The translations under genes and the position numbers were made by a program. Positions 19,409 through 27,992 of a DNA stretch of 54,976 nt are shown here, one piece after another (within the stretch, counting starts at the first letter, position 1; each line of letters begins with the position of its first letter). This DNA is from Acidobacteriota bacterium. GTDB lineage: Bacteria > Acidobacteriota > Blastocatellia > RBC074. The stretch covers positions 1-54,976 of the forward strand of contig JAYSVR010000186.1 of NCBI GenBank assembly GCA_043718445.1, in the 5' to 3' direction. The notes below the pieces were generated by a model. The model saw only the letters and a program-made list of their open reading frames with translations. It did not search any database and had not been told where the DNA came from.

Positions 19409-20440
19409 TTATGATTCACTCTCAGATTCCAGTGCTTTGACGCGCTCTTGCAAAGCGCGCACTTCTTTCAATAACGGCGGCAATTTCGGGAAAGCCGCTG
19501 ACGTATGCAACCAGTCGCGTTTGCTCATCGCGGGCGAACCGGCAATTGATTGACCGGCTTCGACCGAGCTGGGAATACCGGTTTGCGCCGTAGCGAAAAC
19601 GCCATCGCCAATCGTTAAATGTCCGGCGACGCCGACTTGCCCCGCCAGAATTACGTCTTTGCCAACTTGCGTGCTGCCCGACAATCCGACCTGCGAACAA
19701 AGCATCGTGCGTTCGCCGACCGTGCAACCGTGTCCGACCTGCACCAGGTTGTCGAGCTTGACCCCGCGTCCGATAACCGTGGTTCCCAACGTCGCACGAT
19801 CAATGGTCGAACCCGCGCCAATTTCTACGTCATCTTCGATCAAGACGTTGCCCGTCTGATTGATCTTGTACCAGGTTTTGTCACTTTGTTGAGCAAAGCC
19901 GAAGCCGTCGCTGCCAATCGTCACGTGGTTTTGCAAAATAACGCGCTCGCCCAACTCACAGGCTTCACGCACGACGCAATGTGAATAGAGCAGGCTGCCC
20001 TTGCCGATTTTCGCGTTCGCATAAATTACGCAATGCGAATGAATGACCACCTCGTCGGCAATGTCAGCGTCGGCCTCGACCACGACATAAGCGCCGATGC
20101 TTAGGTTTTGTCCCAGCCGCGCCAGCGGGGAAATGCAGGCCGTCGGATGTATGCCGGGCGGATAGCTGCGCGTTGGGTTAAAGATGTTCAGCGCCTGCGC
20201 AAACGTCAGATAAGGGTTCGCCGAAATCAATCCGGCCTTACCCGCAGGCAATTGCGCAGCGTCTTGCAAGATGATCGCCGACGCCTCAGTCGTCGCCACC
20301 TGGCGCGTATATTTGACGTTGCTCAAAAACGTCAATTGACCCGCCGTAGCCGAACCAATCGGAGCTACGTCAGTGATTTCAGTCGCAGCATCACCCACGA
20401 ACTGACAGCCTAACTGCGCGGCAAGTACACTAATTTGCAT
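19409..20440 (-). CDS. lpxD: UDP-3-O-acylglucosamine N-acyltransferase
   Basis: N-terminus [44 protein letters not shown], followed by left-handed beta-helix hexapeptide repeats. The ATG at 20440 is preferred over the longer ORF. Confidence 0.85.
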   Translation of the reverse strand: MQISVLAAQLGCQFVGDAATEITDVAPIGSATAGQLTFLSNVKYTRQVATTEASAIILQDAAQLPAGKAGLISANPYLTFAQALNIFNPTRSYPPGIHPTACISPLARLGQNLSIGAYVVVEADADIADEVVIHSHCVIYANAKIGKGSLLYSHCVVREACELGERVILQNHVTIGSDGFGFAQQSDKTWYKINQTGNVLIEDDVEIGAGSTIDRATLGTTVIGRGVKLDNLVQVGHGCTVGERTMLCSQVGLSGSTQVGKDVILAGQVGVAGHLTIGDGVFATAQTGIPSSVEAGQSIAGSPAMSKRDWLHTSAAFPKLPPLLKEVRALQERVKALESESES

Positions 20441-20624
20441 AGGTGAAAAAGGAGTCTCCCACTCAACTGGCGATACGGTTCGGCATCTTAGGTGCGGCAT
20501 CTGCTTTGTTCAAGCCCCACGTAAAATTAGGGTTTACACTCGTCTGATAACAAGTATAATAATTTCGCCAACGCAACAAACGTCTTACGAAGTAAACAAT
20601 ACCCAGCAGCGCGGAGGAATTGAG

Positions 20625-21512
20625 ATGCGAACCGATTACGTAAAAAATTATCTGACCTATCTGAAAGTAGAGAAGGGTCTATCAATCAATTCGCTCGAAG
20701 CCTATCGCAACGACCTCACCAAGCTGACAACCTTTGTTACGAAACAGCAACGTGACATCTTAACCATCGAACGCCGCGACTTAACTGACTTACTGGTTTT
20801 TCTAAAAGACGAAGAGAACCTCAGCGATAACTCGATTGCGCGTTTTCTTTCTGCCGTTAAAGGGCTTTATCGCTTCCTGATTGCTGAAAAAATAATCAAA
20901 CACGATCCGACTTCCTACCTCGAAAGCCGCAAGTCGTGGCAAACTCTGCCGCGTTACCTGACGCCAGACGAAGTTGATTTATTACTCGAGCAACCGAATA
21001 TCGCAGAGCCAACCGGATTGCGTGATCGCGCAATGCTTGAGGTACTTTACGCCGCAGGCTTGCGCGTCTCGGAGTTAGTCAATCTCAAGTTAGCCGACAT
21101 CGAATGGGAACCCGGCGTATTAACCTGTTTTGGCAAAGGCTCTAAATCACGTCGCGTACCGTTAGGCCAGTCATCGCTGGCTTATTTGCGCAAGTACGTC
21201 GTCGTGCGCAGCAAGCTGTTAGGCGATAACCCCGACCGCGACGAGTTATTTATCGAAAAGCGCGGCAGCAAACTAACTCGCCAGAAATTCTGGAAGCTGA
21301 TTAAACGTTACGGCGAAATGGCGAAAGTCGGACACGTCACGCCGCATATGATTCGCCACACTTTTGCCACGGTGTTGCTTAGAAACGGTGCTGACCTGCG
21401 CTCTGTGCAAATGTTGCTGGGGCATAGCGATTTAGGTACAACACAAATCTATACGCACATAACCGACGACCGTTTAACTGAAAGCTATAAGAAGTTTCAC
21501 CCGCGCGCCTAA
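20625..21512 (+). CDS. xerD: Tyrosine site-specific recombinase XerD/XerC family
   Basis: GGAGGA RBS. Motifs include RDRAMLEVLYAAGLRVSELVNL and HMIRHTFATVLLRNGADLRSVQMLLGHSDLGTTQIYTH. Confidence 0.85.
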   Translation: MRTDYVKNYLTYLKVEKGLSINSLEAYRNDLTKLTTFVTKQQRDILTIERRDLTDLLVFLKDEENLSDNSIARFLSAVKGLYRFLIAEKIIKHDPTSYLESRKSWQTLPRYLTPDEVDLLLEQPNIAEPTGLRDRAMLEVLYAAGLRVSELVNLKLADIEWEPGVLTCFGKGSKSRRVPLGQSSLAYLRKYVVVRSKLLGDNPDRDELFIEKRGSKLTRQKFWKLIKRYGEMAKVGHVTPHMIRHTFATVLLRNGADLRSVQMLLGHSDLGTTQIYTHITDDRLTESYKKFHPRA

Positions 21513-21525
21513 CATCGTTTGGGTA

Positions 21526-21605
21526 TGGCAACCTGTTAGGTTGCCAAGCCTTTGCGTTGTTTCAAGTTGTTCAATATGAGTTACTCGGCAACCTGACAGG
21601 TTGCC
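21526..21605. promoter_or_regulatory. Two copies of a 19-21 bp perfect palindrome (GGCAACCTG-N3-CAGGTTGCC) 61 bp apart, between xerD and the sulfatase gene
   Basis: tggcaacctgttaggttgcca lies at 21526-21546 and ggcaacctgacaggttgcc at 21587-21605. The second ends 15 nt before the sulfatase ATG. Confidence 0.5.
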
Positions 21606-21620
21606 ATAGGGATTCCCGCT

Positions 21621-23126
21621 ATGACCAAACATTTCCTGCTTATCTTGCTACTCACTTGCGTTACAAGCTACGCCCAGCCACGCCCCAACGTTGTGTTTAT
21701 TTACGCAGACGATATTGGTTACGGCGATGTTTCCAGTTACGGCGCGACTGCTTTGAAAACGCCTAACATAGATCGGTTGGCAAAAGCCGGATTGCGTTTC
21801 ACTGACGCACACGCCGCCGCCGCGACTTGCACGCCGTCGCGTTATGCTTTGCTGACGGGCGAATACGCCTTTCGCAAAAAGGGAACTGGCGTATTGCCCG
21901 GCGATGCGTCGCTGATTATTGAGCCCGGACGAACTACGTTACCTGTGATCTTTCAACGTGCAGGCTACCAAACCGGCGTCGTAGGCAAATGGCATTTAGG
22001 ACTCGGCCCGTCAGGCGGCCCCGATTGGAATGGTGAAATTAAACCAAGCCCAAACGAAATTGGTTTCGGGCACTCATTTATTATGGCTGCGACCGGTGAT
22101 CGCGTACCTACCGTATATGTAGAAAATCGTCGCATCGTCGGACTCGATCCGGTTGATCCGATTAAGGTAGCTTACGATAAGCCAATTGGTAACGAAGTTA
22201 CGGGCAAGAAAAACCCTGAGTTACTAAAAATGCAGCCCAGCCACGGCCACGACATGGCAATCGTCAACGGCGTATCGCGCATTGGCTATATGACTGGCGG
22301 CAAGGCTGCGCTCTGGAAAGATGAAGACATGGCAGACGTGTTTACCTCACAAGCGATCAAGTTTATCGAAACCAACCAAGCGCAACCGTTCTTTTTGTAT
22401 TTCGCCTTGCACGACCCGCACGTTCCGCGCCTGCCGCATCCGCGCTTTGTCGGCAAAACGACGATGGGCGCGCGTGGCGATGCGATCATTCAGGCCGACT
22501 GGTGTGTCGGTGCGGTACTCGACGCGCTCGAACGATTGCGACTAACTCAAAATACGATAGTTATTTTTTCGAGCGACAACGGCCCGGTGGTAGACGACGG
22601 GTATAAAGACGAAGCAGTTGCCAAACTAGGCTCACATAAACCGGCTGGCCCTTTGCGCGGCGGCAAATACAGCAATTTTGAAGCGGGTACGCGCGTGCCG
22701 TTTATCCTGCGCTGGCCGAAACAAGTAACTCGCGGTACTTCGAACGCGTTGGTTTGCCAGATAGATTTTCTGTCTTCCTTTGCCAGTTTCTTAAAGCAAC
22801 CGCTGGCTGAAAAAGACGCGCCAGATAGTTTCGATGTGATGCCAGCCTTATTGGGGAAAGGTAAAATTGGTCGCGCCACGTTAGTCGAGCAAGCTGGCTC
22901 GCTCGCTTTGCGGCAGGGAAGTTGGAAATATATCGAACCCAGCAATGGGCAGAAGCTTGCGCGTGCGACGAATACCGAAACCGGGAATGACAGCGTGCCG
23001 CAGCTTTATGATTTATCGAAAGACTTGGGGGAAGTAACCAACCTCGCCGATAAGAATCCTGACCGAGTCAAAAGCATGGCGGCTGAATTACAAAGGATTC
23101 GGCAGAGTGGGAAAACTAGAAACTAG
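21621..23126 (+). CDS. Secreted arylsulfatase (formylglycine-dependent sulfatase family)
   Basis: Signal peptide MTKHFLLILLLTCVTSYAQ. Motifs include NVVFIYADDIGYGD, the CTPSR motif (AAATCTPSRYALLTGEY) and GKWHLG. Confidence 0.9.
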   Translation: MTKHFLLILLLTCVTSYAQPRPNVVFIYADDIGYGDVSSYGATALKTPNIDRLAKAGLRFTDAHAAAATCTPSRYALLTGEYAFRKKGTGVLPGDASLIIEPGRTTLPVIFQRAGYQTGVVGKWHLGLGPSGGPDWNGEIKPSPNEIGFGHSFIMAATGDRVPTVYVENRRIVGLDPVDPIKVAYDKPIGNEVTGKKNPELLKMQPSHGHDMAIVNGVSRIGYMTGGKAALWKDEDMADVFTSQAIKFIETNQAQPFFLYFALHDPHVPRLPHPRFVGKTTMGARGDAIIQADWCVGAVLDALERLRLTQNTIVIFSSDNGPVVDDGYKDEAVAKLGSHKPAGPLRGGKYSNFEAGTRVPFILRWPKQVTRGTSNALVCQIDFLSSFASFLKQPLAEKDAPDSFDVMPALLGKGKIGRATLVEQAGSLALRQGSWKYIEPSNGQKLARATNTETGNDSVPQLYDLSKDLGEVTNLADKNPDRVKSMAAELQRIRQSGKTRN

Positions 23127-23217
23127 GTTGCATTTAGTTTGGCGTGCAATTGTGGGAAGCATGGGACGCAGGCCACTTGCCAGCTTGCCGTTTGGTCGCG
23201 CGACGCGGCGAGAGCGT

Positions 23218-23498
23218 GATTGGGTGAGCTGCGTTGAGTTTAGGTTCATCGCGTCCGTGTTATGCCGGCGTAAAGTCAGCGTATACGTCGCGGCTTCCGC
23301 GCGCTGGTCGAATCTTCAGAAGCGCACGGCATCTGGACGTTGTGGTCGAGCATATTCCCTGAAAACGAGGCAAGCGTACGTTTGCACCTGCGCCACGGCT
23401 TTCGTGAGGTCGGGCGGCGCGAACGCTTTGCGCAACTGCACGGCGTATGGCGCGATACGGTGGTGCTGGAAAGGCGCAGCGTGGTCGTAGGTCAATAA
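23218..23498 (+). pseudogene. Decayed GNAT (phosphinothricin-acetyltransferase-like) N-acetyltransferase
   Basis: One frame reads ...KVSVYVAASAR. A second frame reads ALVESSEAHGIWTLWSSIFPENEASVRLHLRHGFREVGRRERFAQLHGVWRDTVVLERRS*. The junction lacks the R/QxxGxG/A acetyl-CoA loop and is frameshifted. Coordinates are approximate. Confidence 0.55.
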
Positions 23499-23811
23499 AC
23501 AAAGGCCAATCATCATTAGTCGCTTTGCTGCGTTCGGCTTGACAGAAACAGGAAGGCCGTTCGACTATGCCTCAACCCAATTTCAAACGTAGTAAACGGT
23601 TTCGGGCTTTCCCCCTTTGCGGAATCCCCACAGTCAGGACTCTGAAACGGTATCCACTAGCTACTGATCAGAGGGTTTTATCAGCTTCTTTCCCCCTTAC
23701 CCCATAGTTTTTTGCGTAAGTCGTGAGTCTCGTCAATCGGCCTCTATAACCCTGATGGTTGATGAGCGGGATTCGGAAGATTAACTATTTTCCCCCCAGG
23801 AGTTTCACCGT

Positions 23812-24198
23812 ATGTGGAAAGAGTTTAAGGAGTTCGTTAGTAAAGGAAATGTGCTGGATTTGGCCGTCGGTGTAATCATCGGCGCAGCCTTCGGCAAAAT
23901 TGTTGGTTCATTGGTTGACGACGTATTAATGCCAGTGGTCGGAATGATTTTTGGCGGGTCGAAGTTCGCAGATTTGGCGTTTACGTTAGGAACGAAGACC
24001 AATGAAAAAAATGAAGTAGTAGCCAACTTGCTCAAGTATGGCAGCTTCATTCAGGCCATCGTAGACTTTCTGATTTTAGCTTTCGTGATCTTTATGATCG
24101 TGAAGTTTTTCAACAAGCTGCGCGCTGCTGAACCGCCACCAGGCCCCTCAGCCAGCGAAACGCTGTTGGGCGAAATCCGCGATTTGCTGAAGCGGTAA
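23812..24198 (+). CDS. mscL: Large-conductance mechanosensitive channel
   Basis: [44 protein letters not shown]... is the canonical MscL N-terminus. AGGAG RBS. Confidence 0.95.
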   Translation: MWKEFKEFVSKGNVLDLAVGVIIGAAFGKIVGSLVDDVLMPVVGMIFGGSKFADLAFTLGTKTNEKNEVVANLLKYGSFIQAIVDFLILAFVIFMIVKFFNKLRAAEPPPGPSASETLLGEIRDLLKR

Positions 24199-24235
24199 CC
24201 GCCGGGTGGTTAGAAAGCCGTTTCGATTTTTTCTT

Positions 24236-24270
24236 AGAGCAGGTAAAGAGGTTTTCTCTTTGCCTGCTCT
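24236..24270 (+). terminator. Hairpin terminator after mscL
   Basis: agagcaggtaaagag-gtttt-ctctttgcctgctct (15-bp stem, one G:U) followed by T-rich sequence. Confidence 0.65.
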
Positions 24271-24356
24271 GTTCTATTCTGGCAGCGGTTTATGGATGAG
24301 TGAGTCAACCTAAATTTTTTCCCGGTCAGCCGATCAACTACTTACGGAGCCTAGTT

Positions 24357-25538
24357 ATGTCCTTGCCGACTTCTGTGCCGACTTTTGTGTTAGACGAACC
24401 GCTGCAAGTTTTTATCTCTTATTCACATCAGGATGCGGCGTTGTTGCGAACTTTGGTTACCCACCTGACGGTTTTGCAAAGGCAAAAGGTGATAGATGCC
24501 TGGACGGATCGTGACATTTCTGCCGGAGAAGAATGGAAGCGGGCCATAGACGAAAATCTGAGTGCGGCCCACTTGATTCTGCTGTTAATCAGTGCAGATT
24601 TTCTAGCCTCTGATTACTGCTACGAAATTGAAATGAAAGAGGCGCTGACGCGGCACGCCGCCGAGGTTGCCTGTGTGATTCCGATCATCTTGCGCCCTTC
24701 AGATTGGCAGGCGTCTCCGCTGGGGCAGTTACAGGCCTTGCCGACGGGCGGGAAACCGGTGACACGCTGGGAAGATCAGGATGAAGCATTTCTTGATGTG
24801 ATCAAAGGCTTGCGCCAGGTCGTGACCGAACGCGGTGCCCAGTTGGTAAATCGCAAACCGCCGCTGGTGTTTTTCAAACAAGGTGTGCATTTCAAGGACA
24901 TGGGAGATTACGACGAAGCGCAACGCGCCTTTGAGGCCGCCTTGCGAAACTTTCGCGCCAAACATCCCGGCCCGCATGCTGACGTAGCGGAATGCCTTTA
25001 TGAATTAGGGGAATGCGCTTTTCATCTGGAAGATTTTCAAACCGCCGGCCAGCATTTCAAAGAAGCGTGGCAGATAAACGAGCAGGTATACGGCGGCAAC
25101 CATCCCAAAGTAGCTTTATGCCTGCAAAGCCTTTCTGCCGTTTCGCGCGAGCAGGCGGCTTTTGCGCAAGCTCGTGAATATGGCGAACGGGCGTTGCAAA
25201 TTTATCAGGAACACGCCGATGAATTGAGTCCCAACTGGGCGAGTACGCTGAATAACTTGGGCAATATCGCCTTTGATCAAGGCCATTTTGCGGAAGCCCA
25301 AAATTATTATGAGCGCGCGTTGGCATTGGATGATGCCCAAACTGGCTCGTCCCTTGACCCTACTGTTATCCCGATTACCGTAAATAATTTGGGCAAAGCA
25401 CATCACCGGCGGGGGGATTTCGCGCAAGCGCGCGTCCTTTATGAAAGGGCATTACGGCTTTTGCGGGATTTGGTCGAGGCCGATCATCCTTACATCGCGG
25501 AAGTAAAAAAGAATCTAGCGCAGTTGCCTACTTTGTGA
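24357..25538 (+). CDS. TIR domain protein with C-terminal TPR (TPR_12/KLC-like) repeats
   Basis: TIR_2-like LQVFISYSHQDAALLRTLVTHL...ISAGEEWKRAIDENLSAAHLILLLISADFLASDYCYEIEMKEAL...VIPIILRP. About five TPR units follow (DYDEAQRAFEAAL, HFAEAQNYYERALAL, DFAQARVLYERALRL). The ATG at 24357 has ACGGAG upstream. An alternative GTG lies at 24300. Confidence 0.85.
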   Translation: MSLPTSVPTFVLDEPLQVFISYSHQDAALLRTLVTHLTVLQRQKVIDAWTDRDISAGEEWKRAIDENLSAAHLILLLISADFLASDYCYEIEMKEALTRHAAEVACVIPIILRPSDWQASPLGQLQALPTGGKPVTRWEDQDEAFLDVIKGLRQVVTERGAQLVNRKPPLVFFKQGVHFKDMGDYDEAQRAFEAALRNFRAKHPGPHADVAECLYELGECAFHLEDFQTAGQHFKEAWQINEQVYGGNHPKVALCLQSLSAVSREQAAFAQAREYGERALQIYQEHADELSPNWASTLNNLGNIAFDQGHFAEAQNYYERALALDDAQTGSSLDPTVIPITVNNLGKAHHRRGDFAQARVLYERALRLLRDLVEADHPYIAEVKKNLAQLPTL

Positions 25539-25598
25539 GGCGTGAGGGTTTTCGCACGCGGGCTTTGCGCATTGGGTCACCATAAGACGAGGCATAAA

Positions 25599-27227
25599 AT
25601 GTATATTCACCGCAACCAGATTTTTATCGCTGCTTCGAGCCCCGCGTTATATCAGGCCGTAGCCACAGCGCTGAATGAATTATCTACGCAATGTTACTCA
25701 GGGTTTGGCGAACTCGGACGGCGGGGCGTGCCAACCGAAAACCCTTTGCTGGCGGACATCAAAATCGCGCAAGCCGTGGTCGCGGTAGTTGACGGAAGCG
25801 CCGGGGATGTATTGGTACAGGCTGAACAGCAATACGCGCCAGCGCGCCAGTTGCCTTGTTTTGCTTACGCGGCTCCCTCGCTCGCCAATCCGCCCGCTGG
25901 CAGCAAACCCTTTGCTGATGCGGCGGATTTGCAAAAACAAGTCAAGCGAGATTTGCGCGCCTGGCTGTTCGGTGAATTTCTGCCTCCGCTGTTTGGGAAA
26001 ATTGAACGCGGTGAAATTCCCCGCGAAGATGCGCTCGCACTTATCAGTGCCATCAAGGATGCCGCCGATGTCAGCCCAGAGTGGCGCAACCGCCTCGCGG
26101 CTCAAGGCTATCGCCTGTCAGGGAAGACGAATGAGGGCATTCTGAGACGGCTTATCCCGGTCGGCTTACGAGCTTTCGCCCGTATGCTTTTCTTTATTTT
26201 CGTGCCTTTGTTGCTGTTGCTATTGGCCTATCAACGTTCTGGCCCAAGCGGCCCTGAAAGTGTAGCTATCAGCCAGTCTTCGCCTTCGCCCACTATTGAT
26301 ATAGCGAGGGCGAAACCGTCGCCAGAGTTCACGCCGCTTGCCTCGGGACTGCCAACACCTTTTCCCAGTGACGTAGCGAAAGAGACTGAAACGCCAGTCA
26401 TAACGCGCGCGACGCCAGTGCCGTCCGCGAGCAAGTCACCGGCAACAGCGAAGCCCGTTACGACGCCTGCGCCCAAACCCACCATTGCCGCAACGCCCAG
26501 ACCTACTCCCCTGCCCAAACCCACCGTAGTGGCGACGCCCAGACCTGCGCCCGCTCCAGTGGTACGGTTGACGATCACGCCGAAAGACGTGCGATTCAAC
26601 GCGGCAGGGACGAGGACGATTACTTTTACGAACCGTAATACCGCTCAAGTAGAAGTGCGTGACGTGAGCTTCAACAGCAATACCGGTGAGTTCACGCTGG
26701 AAGACGGCTGCCGTAATCGTATGCTGTCGCCCGGTCAAAGCTGTCAGGCGAATATCGCTTACCAGCCTTCCGGCAAAGCGGGAGCCGCGCAGTTGGTCAT
26801 TACCTACGGAGATAATCGTCAGCAAGTCGTCGCCAGTCGCAGCAGTGTTGCCACGCCTACGCCCGGCAACGTAACGATTACGCCCAGCAGCCTGAACTTT
26901 CGGGTCGTAAGCCAGGGCGGCAGCCAGTCGAATTCTGTCAACGTGCAAAATAATGGGACGGCGACAGTCATCATCACTCAAATCGAACTCAAGACCCGTA
27001 AGCTTATCGTTTTAGGCGGGAATCCTAAATTTTTCCGCACTGAAAACGGCTGCCTGAACCGCAGGCTGCTGGCTGGCAGTAGCTGCCGTATTGAGATCAC
27101 CTACGCGCCGCAGGACAGCGGTGAACATAAAGCACAACTTGAAATTGAGCTCAGAGGCGAAGGCACTCAGGCAAAACAGCGTTTGGAGCGAGTCGAGTTG
27201 AGGGGAGAAGCCCGCAATGTGCGCTGA
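25599..27227 (+). CDS. Single-pass membrane protein: cytosolic ~190-aa N-domain, TM helix, Pro/Thr/Ala-rich linker and two extracytoplasmic Ig-like (choice-of-anchor-D / HYDIN-ASH-like) domains
   Basis: The ATG at 25599 has GACGAGG upstream. TM helix MLFFIFVPLLLLLLAY, preceded by basic residues. The linker contains KPTIAATPRPTPLP and KPTVVATPRPAPAP. Two units carry the C...L.(P/A)G.SC...I.Y.P signature. Confidence 0.8.
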   Translation: MYIHRNQIFIAASSPALYQAVATALNELSTQCYSGFGELGRRGVPTENPLLADIKIAQAVVAVVDGSAGDVLVQAEQQYAPARQLPCFAYAAPSLANPPAGSKPFADAADLQKQVKRDLRAWLFGEFLPPLFGKIERGEIPREDALALISAIKDAADVSPEWRNRLAAQGYRLSGKTNEGILRRLIPVGLRAFARMLFFIFVPLLLLLLAYQRSGPSGPESVAISQSSPSPTIDIARAKPSPEFTPLASGLPTPFPSDVAKETETPVITRATPVPSASKSPATAKPVTTPAPKPTIAATPRPTPLPKPTVVATPRPAPAPVVRLTITPKDVRFNAAGTRTITFTNRNTAQVEVRDVSFNSNTGEFTLEDGCRNRMLSPGQSCQANIAYQPSGKAGAAQLVITYGDNRQQVVASRSSVATPTPGNVTITPSSLNFRVVSQGGSQSNSVNVQNNGTATVIITQIELKTRKLIVLGGNPKFFRTENGCLNRRLLAGSSCRIEITYAPQDSGEHKAQLEIELRGEGTQAKQRLERVELRGEARNVR

Positions 27228-27969
27228 CCTGGCGGCTCCTTTGCTCGAAGTCATTGCCTGCACCGTTGAAGATGCCATCGCCGCTGAACAGGGCGGAGCT
27301 GACCGGCTCGAAATCGTCAGTCATCTCGAACTCGGCGGATTGACGCCTGCGCTGGCGTTGGTGAAAGCGATGCAAGCCGCAGTCCGGCTGCCGTTGCGGG
27401 TGATGGTGCGCGAAGAAGAAGATTTTTTTGCGTCCGGGCAAAAAAAGTTGGAAAGGTTATGCGAGGTCGCGCGTTCATACGCTGATTTATCGGTAGACGG
27501 CTTGGTTCTAGGCTTTCTCACACAGCAAGACAGTGAAATTAAAGTAGCACACGAGATGTTAGAAGCTGTGCTGGCGGCTGCGCCCCAAACACGCTGTACC
27601 TTTCATCGGGCGTTTGAAGCCGTGACGAACCAGCGAACCGCCATCGCCGAATTGAAACGTTATCCACAGATTGATTATTTGCTGACGAGCCACGGCATCA
27701 GGCCTGCCAATCGTATAAGTGACTGGCCTCCACCGTGGACGGACAGAATTGAAGGGCTAGCTGAACTGGCTGTCGCGGCCGCGCCGGAAATTAAAGTCTT
27801 AGTCGGCGGGGGCGTGACGGCTGAATGGATCGAAACTTTATGCCGAGAACCGCAAATCAGGCGAACACTTTCAGCGATTCACGTAGGGCAAGCCGCACGC
27901 GCCGGGCACTCGTTGCACGGCGCAGTGCTGGCCCCACTAGTGCAAAAGCTGAAGCAAATAATGGCGTGA
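27217..27969 (+). CDS. cutC: Copper homeostasis protein CutC family
   Basis: LEVIACTVEDAIAAEQGGADRLEIVSHLELGGLTPALALVKAM. The start overlaps the preceding stop by 11 nt. Confidence 0.8.
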   Translation: MCADLAAPLLEVIACTVEDAIAAEQGGADRLEIVSHLELGGLTPALALVKAMQAAVRLPLRVMVREEEDFFASGQKKLERLCEVARSYADLSVDGLVLGFLTQQDSEIKVAHEMLEAVLAAAPQTRCTFHRAFEAVTNQRTAIAELKRYPQIDYLLTSHGIRPANRISDWPPPWTDRIEGLAELAVAAAPEIKVLVGGGVTAEWIETLCREPQIRRTLSAIHVGQAARAGHSLHGAVLAPLVQKLKQIMA

Positions 27970-27992
27970 CGTTGAGCGCCGTGAAAAATCTC

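Noticed and set aside
23107-23490. 127-aa ORF reported by the track
   Set aside because: It is a chimeric reading across the decayed GNAT gene. The conserved C-terminal half is in a different frame.
27825-27992. Longer version of the sigma factor ORF starting at 27825
   Set aside because: It would overlap the last 145 nt of cutC in another frame. The extension has no sigma-like features.
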